In this document: positions 21,866 through 30,303 of the stretch, in pieces
Numbering within the stretch: the stretch's first letter is position 1
Layout: each line of letters opens with the position of its first letter
NCBI GenBank assembly: GCA_963747055.1
Contig: CAVVDY010000003.1
Span: forward strand, 49,630-113,629
Source of the DNA: an uncultured Acidobacteriaceae bacterium
GTDB lineage: Bacteria; Acidobacteriota; Terriglobia; Terriglobales; Acidobacteriaceae
DNA: 64,000 nucleotides
Direction: 5' to 3'
Translations under genes and position numbers: made by a program
Notes under the pieces: model-generated
Told to the model about the DNA's origin: nothing
What the model saw: the letters and a program-made list of their open reading frames with translations, nothing else
Databases searched by the model: none

Positions 21866-22804
21866 TCATTCTAGACCCCTTATTCTCCGTGCTCTCCGTG
21901 TCTCCGTGGTGGATCCCTTCTTCCTCTGTCGACTCGCCTCATACAGCACCAGCGAGGCGGCGATGGCGGCGTTCAGCGATTCGACTTTTTCCGAGTGGGG
22001 AATCGCAACCACCTCATCCACCTGTGCAAGTACGTCCTTTGGCACTCCTGCGCCTTCGTTGCCGATAACCAGCGCAATCGGCCGCTTCAAGTCAGCATCA
22101 GCGATCGGAGTTCCCTTGTGTGACGATGTCGCCAGCACAGCAATCCCCTGCTCCCTTAGCTGCGCCAGTGCCGAAGCGATTTCCACCTTCGCCGACGGCA
22201 GCCGGAACAGCGATCCCGCCGAGGCCCGAATCGACTTCCAGTTCCATGGACTGACCGTCTTCTCCGCGAGCAGCAATCCAGTCGCGCCGAAAGCCTCGCC
22301 CGAGCGCGCAATGGTTCCCAGATTGCCCGGATCCTGCAGCCCGGCAGCAACCACCAGCAAAGCCGGCTGCAATCTCAGGAGCTCGGCCACAGAATGCGTT
22401 TTGACCTGCACCAGAGCAGCGACGCCCTGCGGCGTCTCGGTAGGCGCGGCACTGGAGAACACGTCGTCAGGCAGCAGCAGGGTTTGCGTATGCTCGGCAA
22501 GCTGAGGCAGCAGTTTGTGGGCGCGCTCACGCGCCGACTCGGCGAAGAAAACCGCGCTCAGACGCAGGCTGGAGCGGATCGCCTCCTCGACCAGATGCAC
22601 TCCTTCGATGGCAACCTCGCCGCGCTCGTTAGGCGTCCCCGCGTGGAAGGCGCGGCGAAGCTCTTTGACTACGGCGTTGTTGCGGCTGGTCACCGGTCGC
22701 AGCCGGTCCTGAATGGCAGCTTGAGCACTGTCGGCCATGAGTTCCAATACCGGAAGCAATCCTACAATGCCGACCCGCCCGCCGGGCGAAACCGTGCCCG
22801 ACAT
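21866..22804 (-). CDS. TrmH/SpoU-family RNA 2'-O-methyltransferase
   Basis: SpoU motifs LQDPGNLGTIARS, LVIGNEGAGV and ESLNAAIAASL. The start is uncertain (ATG 22804 or 22738; the ORF is open to 22873). Confidence 0.85.
   Translation of the reverse strand: MSGTVSPGGRVGIVGLLPVLELMADSAQAAIQDRLRPVTSRNNAVVKELRRAFHAGTPNERGEVAIEGVHLVEEAIRSSLRLSAVFFAESARERAHKLLPQLAEHTQTLLLPDDVFSSAAPTETPQGVAALVQVKTHSVAELLRLQPALLVVAAGLQDPGNLGTIARSGEAFGATGLLLAEKTVSPWNWKSIRASAGSLFRLPSAKVEIASALAQLREQGIAVLATSSHKGTPIADADLKRPIALVIGNEGAGVPKDVLAQVDEVVAIPHSEKVESLNAAIAASLVLYEASRQRKKGSTTETRRARRIRGLE
21885..21909. repeat. CTCCGTG-type repeat, copy 3 (inside the trmH-family 3' end)
   Basis: CTCCGTGCTCTCCGTGTCTCCGTGG, forming an inverted pair with copy 2 around the GxxExxY gene. 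Confidence 0.7.
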
Positions 22805-22818
22805 GATAATCTGCTGCG

Positions 22819-23535
22819 TTGCTGTTGATTGAGGCGGTGGCGTGTGCTTTCTCACCGCAAAACCATCGATCACTGCGCGAGGCTCGGTTGCGCCCCGAAA
22901 TTGTAAAGATCAATCCCAGCAGTCCGGAACCGTCGCTGGTGACGTATGCCGCCGAGAAAATCCGCTCGGGCATCGTCCTGGGGATGCCGACCGATACCTT
23001 CTACGGCCTGGCGGCTGACCCATTTAACCTGCATGCCGTCGACCGCATTTATGAGATCAAGACGCGCTCGCGGCACAAGCCGCTTTCCCTGCTGACCGAG
23101 TCGGTCGATCAGGCGGCCGAGCTGGCCTGGCCGGTGCCGGACGCGTTTTATCTTCTGGCACGGCGCTTCTGGCCCGGACCGCTGACCATCATCGTGAAGG
23201 CCGATCCCAAGGTGCCGTTAAAGGTCACCGCCAATACCGGCAACGTTGCGCTGCGCGTGCCGGCGGCAGAAGTCGCGCTGGCCATTATTCGCGCCTCGGG
23301 GCTTCCCATTACCGCCACCTCGGCCAATCTGCACGGCGAAGCGGAATGCACCACCGCGCAGGCCGTACGCGACCAGCTTGGCGATTGTTTGCCCGTCATC
23401 GTCGACGGCGGCCAGTCGCCGCGCGAAATCGCTTCTACTATCGTCGATCTCACCAGCGGAGAGGGACACTGGCGCATCTTGCGACAGGGGGCCATTCCCT
23501 ATGATGAGATCGCAGAGTTGCTAGGTCAGGAGTAG
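22819..23535 (+). CDS. tsaC: L-threonylcarbamoyladenylate synthase (Sua5/YwlC/TsaC family)
   Basis: PTDTFYGLAADP, KPLSLL, WPGPLTII and ATSANLHGE motifs. No in-frame ATG at the N-terminus; likely TTG start at 22819 or 22888. Confidence 0.85.
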   Translation: MLLIEAVACAFSPQNHRSLREARLRPEIVKINPSSPEPSLVTYAAEKIRSGIVLGMPTDTFYGLAADPFNLHAVDRIYEIKTRSRHKPLSLLTESVDQAAELAWPVPDAFYLLARRFWPGPLTIIVKADPKVPLKVTANTGNVALRVPAAEVALAIIRASGLPITATSANLHGEAECTTAQAVRDQLGDCLPVIVDGGQSPREIASTIVDLTSGEGHWRILRQGAIPYDEIAELLGQE

Positions 23536-23588
23536 TTACCACGGGAGCCGCCGCTTCCAGATCACATCGCATTCGCTGGCTGCTCGTC

Positions 23589-24146
23589 ATGGTAGTAGCG
23601 GCCGTAGGGGTCGGGTTCCTCTGGCTCACAGCCCAGATCATGCGCGAGGGAACAATCAATCAGCCGTACAAGGCGGATTGCATCCTCGTGCTGGGCGCGG
23701 CGGAATACTCCGGCCGGCCCTCACCGGTGTACCGGGCCCGCCTCGACCACGCCTATAAGCTCTTTGCAGAAGGCAAGGCCCCGCTGATCATTACCAGCGG
23801 CGGCGCCGGTGGAGACCCGCACTACAGCGAAGGACAGGTGGGACGCGATTACCTGATGGCTCGCGGCGTTCCCGACGCCGACCTCATCGGCGAAACCCAG
23901 GCCGACAATACTGACGAGTCGACGCAGCGCACCGCAACCATCATGCGGGCCAACGGCTTGAACAGCGTGTTGCTGGTCAGCGACGCCTACCACATGTTCC
24001 GCGCCAAGCGCATGATGCAACGCCTGGGAGTTACTGCCTACATTTCTCCTCGCCCCGAGTCGGTGCCGAAAACCTTTTGGGGACGCTTCCTCGCTGCCTC
24101 CCGTGAGGCGTTCAGCTATCTGCTGTACCGGGCGCATATAACGTAG
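23589..24146 (+). CDS. YdcF/ElyC-family (DUF218) protein
   Basis: 185 aa with an N-terminal TM helix. VLGAAEY...ITSGG...LVSDAYHMFRA motifs. Confidence 0.8.
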   Translation: MVVAAVGVGFLWLTAQIMREGTINQPYKADCILVLGAAEYSGRPSPVYRARLDHAYKLFAEGKAPLIITSGGAGGDPHYSEGQVGRDYLMARGVPDADLIGETQADNTDESTQRTATIMRANGLNSVLLVSDAYHMFRAKRMMQRLGVTAYISPRPESVPKTFWGRFLAASREAFSYLLYRAHIT

Positions 24147-24153
24147 GAAGGCG

Positions 24154-24445
24154 GCGGCTGGCTGTTAGCTCTTGGCTATTGGCTCTTGGCAATTAGCAAT
24201 CCAATTAATGTTCAGCGATTAGCACTTAGCCTTTAGCACTTAGGTATTCTGGGTAGGACAAGGCCAAATGCTAACGGCTAGGGAAGGTCTGATTAAGTCC
24301 GGATTTGGAAGGGGACGGCCTTCAGGCCGTCCGTAAATGCCTGAAATAGAGCTGGGCTTCAGCCCCTGAGGGTCTTCGGTCGGACTTCATCAGATCCTCC
24401 CTGGAAGCTAAAAGCGTAAGAGCCAAAAGCCAAAAGCCAAAAGCC
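24154..24445. repeat. Inverted heptanucleotide-repeat arrays filling a convergent intergenic gap
   Basis: Left arrays have NNTTGGC/NNTTAGC 7-mers (24161-24195 and 24215-24242). The right array is GCCAAAA x3 (24420-24440), their reverse complement. The centre holds TTCA-loop hairpins (24311-24330, 24352-24363). Confidence 0.65.
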
Positions 24446-24448
24446 GCT

Positions 24449-25162
24449 TTACCCCACCAGCGCCAGCAGCCGCACAGGCGCGCCGCTGCCCGCCTCCAAC
24501 TTGAGAGGAGCGACCACAATAGTCGCGCCCGCGCCCGGAACCCTGCCCAGACCTGCAACATTTTCCAGGTGATACACGCCGGCCCGTGACGTGAACTGAT
24601 GCACAGGATAAGTAGTACTCACGCCGATGTCGACGTTCATGGTGTCGATGCCGAGTCCGACCACGTGGCGCGTTTTGACGAGGAACTCGGCCGTCTCCAA
24701 CGCGAAGCCCGGATAATGCGTCAGGCCATCGGACTGCTGGTTGCGATAACGTGTCTGCGATCCCCAGTACTCTTCCCAGCCCGTGTAGGCCATCACCACG
24801 GCGCCCTCCGGAATCTCGCCATGCTGCCGCTCCCAGTCAGCAACGTCCTGAACGCTAACTGCATAGTCGGGATTCTGCATAGCCTGGGCGCGCACGTTCA
24901 ACACAGCCAGGGGCCGCACCAAGCGCTCGATGGGGATCTGCTCCACCGTCCATGCGCCGGCGGCAAAGTGCGCGGGCGCATCCAGGTGCGTTCCGTAGTG
25001 CTCTTCGGTGGTGAAGGTGCGCGAGTAGTAGCCGTCGCGCTCGAGGTTTCCCAATTCCCTGGCTTGGAACGGGGACTGCTCAGTGCCTTCCCAGTTGGGC
25101 GAGCGGTCATCCAGCGTGTGGGTCAAGTCAATCACGGTGCGTGAGGAGGTCGTCTGTGTCAT
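24449..25162 (-). CDS. Cyclase-family protein (kynurenine formamidase-like, PF04199 type)
   Basis: 237 aa from ATG 25162. Metal motif HYGTHLDAPAHF. Confidence 0.8.
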   Translation of the reverse strand: MTQTTSSRTVIDLTHTLDDRSPNWEGTEQSPFQARELGNLERDGYYSRTFTTEEHYGTHLDAPAHFAAGAWTVEQIPIERLVRPLAVLNVRAQAMQNPDYAVSVQDVADWERQHGEIPEGAVVMAYTGWEEYWGSQTRYRNQQSDGLTHYPGFALETAEFLVKTRHVVGLGIDTMNVDIGVSTTYPVHQFTSRAGVYHLENVAGLGRVPGAGATIVVAPLKLEAGSGAPVRLLALVG

Positions 25163-25398
25163 GTGGCTTTTGTTGGGCGAGCAATCAAGGAACCAGAGCA
25201 AGGCTACAGCCACGGGCAATGTTTTTCCACCTCGTCATGAGAGATCGAAGTAAATGTGTTTGCGACACAGCGTGGGTATACGTAGGCGTGTCCCTGCTTT
25301 GCGCGCCCTGTCACAATCGTTGGGATTGGCGGTCAATTGCGGCATAGAATGCTCAACCGCCGGACCTCATCGGTAGGCAGTGTGTACTTCCCGGAGAA

Positions 25399-26109
25399 TT
25401 GCAAATGTCCGATGCCGCTTTGCCGTCCACGCAAATCAAAGGGTGGCGATCCTCGCGCTGGTTGATTCTGGCTGAGCTGGCGGTAGTAGCGCTTATCTAT
25501 CTGATCGACTGGTTTCACTGGCACCATCTGATCTTCTTCAGCAAGACGCCCTACCTGTTCCTGTTTGCCTGGATCTCGCTGCGCGTTCGCAGAATGCGAT
25601 GGCGCAACGTCGGATTGCAGATCTACGGCGGTTGGAGGCGCACGCTCGCCCTGGGCATCCTGTTTGGCGTTCTGATGGAGGCGCTTGAGCTCTTCGTTAC
25701 GCAGCCGCTGCTGGTGCGCTGGCTGCATCACTATCCTGATCTGTCGGACTTCAATAACCTGGTTGGCAATTACAAGCTGCTGCTGATTTATCTCGCCCTG
25801 ACCTGGGTGCTGGCCGCCTTTGGCGAGGAGATGGTGCATCGCGGCTACCTGCTGAACCGCGTGGCCGACCTGTTGCGCGGCGCGCCGGCGCGCTGGACGC
25901 TGAGTTTGCTGATCACCAGCTTTGCTTTCGGCTTCGGCCACTTCGACCAGGGGCTCACGGGCTGGATTGAGAACACGATCAACGCGCTGTTGCTTGGCGG
26001 CCTCTACCTGTGGCTCGGACGCCGCCTCGCGGTCCCCATCGTCGCCCATGGCGTAACCGATACCATCGATTTCCTGATCATCTTCTTCGGGAAATATCCT
26101 GGCATGTGA
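25399..26109 (+). CDS. CPBP-family intramembrane glutamic endopeptidase (CAAX protease-like)
   Basis: 236 aa, multi-TM. Motifs FGEEMVHRG, FGFGH and AHGVTD. Confidence 0.8.
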   Translation: MQMSDAALPSTQIKGWRSSRWLILAELAVVALIYLIDWFHWHHLIFFSKTPYLFLFAWISLRVRRMRWRNVGLQIYGGWRRTLALGILFGVLMEALELFVTQPLLVRWLHHYPDLSDFNNLVGNYKLLLIYLALTWVLAAFGEEMVHRGYLLNRVADLLRGAPARWTLSLLITSFAFGFGHFDQGLTGWIENTINALLLGGLYLWLGRRLAVPIVAHGVTDTIDFLIIFFGKYPGM

Positions 26110-26110
26110 G

Positions 26111-26212
26111 AAAAGCCGCTGTTGCTGTTAGCTCCTGGCTCTTAGGTATCTCAGCCTTTATGTGAAAGTAACGACTTATACAAAAGCCAAGAGCCAAAGG
26201 CTAAAAGCCGCC
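26111..26212. repeat. Second inverted heptanucleotide-repeat element
   Basis: CTGTTGC TGTTAGC TCCTGGC TCTTAGG (26118-26145) faces GCCAAGA GCCAAAG GCTAAAA (26186-26206). It fills the whole gap between the convergent CPBP and glcF genes. Confidence 0.6.
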
Positions 26213-26215
26213 TTT

Positions 26216-27520
26216 CTAGTACACCTCGTCGAGCAATTCAATGACGTGCGCCACCCGCGCATTCATGTGTGCACGCTCGATGCCGGCGCGAAATTGCAGC
26301 ATGCATCCCACGTTAGCGGTGGCGATGATCTCCGGCGAGACGCTGGCGATGAAGCCCATCTTCTCATCCAGAATCTTCATCGAGAGCTCGTTCTGTACCA
26401 CGTTGTAAACACCCGCGCTTCCGCAGCAGGTGTCGGGACGTGGCGACTCGACCAGATTCGCGCCGACCCGTTTCAGCAGTTGCCGTGGCGCGGCGCGCAC
26501 GCCCTGGGCGTGCGCCAGATGGCAGGGATCCTGATAGGTCACCCGGGCTTGGAGCTTGCGTTTCGGCTGCCGCAGGCCGAGCTCCGCCAGATACTCATTC
26601 ACATCGCGCACCTTGGCGGTGAACTCTTTGGCTCGTGCCGCATATGTAGCATCTTCCGCGAGCAGGCTGGCGTACTCCTTCATGGTCGAACCGCATCCCG
26701 CGGCGTTGGTCACGATGGCGTCGAACTGCGGGCTGAGCATGGCGTCGATGTTGCGCCGCGCTTGGGCTCGCGCGCCCTCCAGAAGCCCGGCGTGAAGATG
26801 CAATCCCCCGCAGCAACTCTGATGCGCAGGAATGTGTACTTCGACGCCGTTCTTTGTGAGCACGCGGATGGTCGCTCGGTTGAGTTCCGCAAACGCGACA
26901 CTGCCAATGCACCCGATCAGAAGAGCTACGCGGCCGCGGAGTTCACCCTCCGCGCGATAGATTTCCCCAAGATCTTTGAATGAAAAGCAGCTCTCGATGT
27001 GAGGCGAGAGCGCGTCGAGCTCCGCCACCCCCAGCAGCTTCAGCAGCCCGGTCGCACGGGCCAGCCCTTGCAAGCCCGATTGCTGATAGAAGCGCACCAT
27101 TCGCGCATGAAATGCCAGTCGCGAGAAGGAGGGCAGGACTTTGTTGTAGAAGTGGGCACGCACCGTTCGCTGCAGCCAGGGACGGCGGAAATTCTCCTCG
27201 ATCTGTAGTCGCGCGCGCTCCAGCAGTGAACCATACTGAACGCCCGAAGGGCACGCCGACTGGCAATTCAGGCAGCCCAGGCAGCGGTCGATATGCGTGA
27301 CGAAGGAATCCGACAGCGCCAGCTTGCCCATGTCGACTTGCACGATCTGGTAAATGCGGCCGCGTGGCGAATCCATTTCCGTGCCCAGCGCACGATAGGT
27401 GGGACACTGATCAAGACACAGCCCGCAATGGATGCAGCGGGAGTACACATCCCACGTCGGCTTCTCGTGCGGAGAGAAGTTCGAGCGCTGCGTCTCCGTC
27501 TTGTCGGCGACGATGGTCAG
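26216..27520 (-). CDS. glcF: Glycolate oxidase iron-sulfur subunit
   Basis: Two ferredoxin motifs (CIHCGLCLDQCP, CLGCLNCQSACP) plus two CCG domains. The ORF is open to ATG 27610, but that overlaps glcE by 94 nt. CTG 27520 (overlapping the glcE TGA, with GGGAGGGAG upstream) is a possible start. Confidence 0.85.
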   Translation of the reverse strand: MTIVADKTETQRSNFSPHEKPTWDVYSRCIHCGLCLDQCPTYRALGTEMDSPRGRIYQIVQVDMGKLALSDSFVTHIDRCLGCLNCQSACPSGVQYGSLLERARLQIEENFRRPWLQRTVRAHFYNKVLPSFSRLAFHARMVRFYQQSGLQGLARATGLLKLLGVAELDALSPHIESCFSFKDLGEIYRAEGELRGRVALLIGCIGSVAFAELNRATIRVLTKNGVEVHIPAHQSCCGGLHLHAGLLEGARAQARRNIDAMLSPQFDAIVTNAAGCGSTMKEYASLLAEDATYAARAKEFTAKVRDVNEYLAELGLRQPKRKLQARVTYQDPCHLAHAQGVRAAPRQLLKRVGANLVESPRPDTCCGSAGVYNVVQNELSMKILDEKMGFIASVSPEIIATANVGCMLQFRAGIERAHMNARVAHVIELLDEVY

Positions 27521-28793
27521 AAGAGCTCCCTCCCGCGCAGGACGTTGTTGGGATCGAGGGCTTGCTTGACAGCGAGCCTGCCGGCTGAATCGGTCGGCGT
27601 CATACGGCACAGCTTTCCCGGGCCATGCACGGAAACGCTGCAGTCCCGCACGTTCGTAGTGGCGAAGTCGCTGACCATCTTCTCCAGAACGCTGTCGGCT
27701 GCAGGGCCGTTCGGCAACGCCAAAACCAGATGACCAATGCCGGCCCGCCCGATCAGGTTTACGCCATCGCCGCCCACCATTGCCTGGAGCAACTGGAGGA
27801 CCTTGCCGGCCTCAGCAATCGGCACATCGATGGCGGCAAAGAGCCACTTCCCGGCGGAAGAGTCCCGATTCTCACCGGCCCACGGGAAGTTCTCGACCGC
27901 GCGCCAGAGCTCGACTTCGCCCGAACCATCAACCTCGCGCGTCACAGCCGATCCCAGTTCCTTGCGATAGCGCGCTAACACCGCATCGCTGCCCGCTCCG
28001 CGAACGCAGATCACCCATGCATCGTCAGTCATCTCGGGTCGCATCAGCTTGCGCGCATGCCGGAGAAACGATCTCCAAGCACATGGGCGACAGCGGCGAC
28101 CGCACCACCAGAGTCGCGGAACTTCAACGCTTCCTGCCACGAAGAGAACTCGGCGATGAAGGTTCGCGTCTGCCGCGGCGCGGGAAAGAGCTTGAAGCTG
28201 GCCGAGGTGACAACCGCCAGCGTGCCATAGCTGCCGATCAACAGCTTCATCAAGTCGTATCCTGCGACGTTCTTGACTACGCGACCGCCGCCCTTCGCCC
28301 TGCGGCCGTCGCCCGTGACGAAGCGCACGCCAATACAGAAATCGCGCACCGCGCCGTACCCGTGGCGCAAGGGGCCCTGCTGCCCAGCTGCGAGCAATTC
28401 GCCCACGGTCGTGCTCTCGGGGAAGGGCGGGTCAACCGCCAGCATCAGGCGGTGCTCCCCCACCATGGCATTCAAGTGAGCGAGCGTCGTGCCCGCTCCG
28501 ATACCGACGGTGAGGTCCGCCGGATCGTAGTGTTCGACCTCCGTCAAACGATCGGTACGAAGCAGAACGTCCGCCTGCGCCAAGGACGCAGCGCTTTCGG
28601 CGCCGCTGCCCGCAGGAGCGATAGTGAATCCCCGCTGGTTCGCGAGACGTACAACGGCTGCGACCTCATCCGACGTTGTGGGACTAACCGTGAGCGACGG
28701 CTTTTGGCCGCTGCCCCTTTCCACTACTTGCTCGTCCCCGCAAATGGCCCGCAACTCGCGCGCCAGGTCGATCGAGACTCCCGCCGTGCTCAC
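27517..28793 (-). pseudogene. glcE: Glycolate oxidase FAD-binding subunit GlcE, frameshifted (or assembly indel)
   Basis: The N-terminal FAD-binding fragment (frame of ORF 28044-28847, GTG start 28793 overlapping the glcD TGA) and the C-terminal fragment (ORF 27517-28140) lie in different frames. A third frame encodes RSPLSPMCLEIVSP in the 28040-28140 junction. Confidence 0.8.
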
Positions 28794-30239
28794 ATGCCCT
28801 CCCGCGCCAGCACCGGGTTCGATGCGGGGCCGCGCGTCTCCACACATGTCCGGCTGGTGGGAAAAATCTTGGTCGGATTGAGCACCGAGTTGGGATTGAA
28901 GGCGTTGCGCAGGCTGAGCATCACGTCAAGATCGTCATTGCTGAAGAGCAGCGGCATCAGGTCGCGCTTCTCGATGCCTACACCGTGCTCGCCCGTGATG
29001 GAGCCACCGGCGTGGATGCAGTACTCGAGGATTTCGCGCCCCGCGTTCTCGACCATCTTCAGCTGCCCGGGCTCGCGCGCGTCAAACAGGATGAGCGGAT
29101 GCAGGTTGCCGTCGCCGGCGTGGAAGATGTTGCCGATGCGCAGCCCGTACTTCTTCGAAATCTCGCCGATGAATTGAAGCACGGCAGGAATCTGCGTGCG
29201 CGGCACCACGCCATCCTGGGTGTAGAACGACGAGCTCACGCGGCCCAGCGCTCCGAAGGCGTTCTTGCGTCCCTTCCACAGCAGAGCGCGCTCGTTCTCG
29301 TCCTTAGCGCGGCGCACTTCCCGCGCGTGCTGATCGAAGCAAACCTGCCGCACGATCTCCGCCTGCTCTTCCACCAACTCGGCAAGGCCATCCAACTCGA
29401 TCAGCAGCACTGCGCCCGCGTCCAGCGGATAGCCCGCGTGACAAAACTCTTCGATGGTTTGCAAGGTCCAGCCGTCGAGCATCTCCAGCGCAGCAGGAGT
29501 GATGCCGGCGGCAGTCAGGGCGGAGACCGTCTTCGCCGCATCGTCGACTGTCTCAAAGACTCCCAGCAGGGTGGCGACGCGCTCCGGACGGCGCAGCAAC
29601 TTGACGGTTGCGGCGGTCACGATGCCCAGCGTGCCTTCCGAGCCGACAAAAAAGCCGGTCAGATCATAGCCGGCGCTCTCCGCTGCCTTGCCGCCATAGT
29701 GAACGATCTCCCCATTCGGGAGAACAACTTCCAACCCAGTGACGTGATTGACCGTGACGCCATACATCAGGGTATGCGGCCCGCCGGAATTCTCCGCCAC
29801 ATTGCCGCCAATGGTGCAGGCCTTCTGGCTGGACGGATCGGGCGCGAAGTACAGTCCGAGATGTGCCACATTGTCAGACAGGGTCTGATTGACAACGCCA
29901 GGCTGTACCACCGCGCGCATGTTCTCAGCATCGACTTCCAGGATGCGATTCATGCGCGAGAAGGCGATCAGGATACCGCCTTCCACTGGGAATGGCGCCT
30001 CCACTGAGGCCGGTGCCCGCGCCCCGAGGAACTACAGGAATGCGTTCCCTGGCGGCCAATTTGACGATGCGGGAGACCTGTTCGGTGGCTTGAGGAAATA
30101 CAACCGCGTCAGGAGTGCTGGTGCGCACGCCGCCGTCGTACTCGTACAGCATCAGGTCTTCCGGGCGGTCGAGAACATAATCACGGCCGGTGATGGCCCG
30201 CAGTTGGTTAGCAAGCGCGGACTTGCGCTGAGAACCCAT
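28790..30239 (-). pseudogene. glcD: Glycolate oxidase subunit GlcD, frameshifted (or assembly indel)
   Basis: Fragment 29925-30239 ends ...VVPRGAGTGLSGGA. Fragment 28790-30004 continues ...FPVEGGILIAFSRMNRILEVD... in another frame. The junction is at about 29983-29995. Confidence 0.85.
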
Positions 30240-30303
30240 GAGCCTGAGAACAGGAGTCTATCACTTGCGGGAACGATGCTGAATTGCTTTGGATACGGCG
30301 GGC

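Noticed and set aside
24154-24445. Checked whether the repeat arrays at 24154-24445, 26111-26212 and 49237-49282 could be CRISPR arrays.
   Set aside because: The repeat unit is 7 nt with no 25-40 nt unique spacers, and no cas genes or leader are present. They are microsatellite/STRR-like rather than CRISPR.
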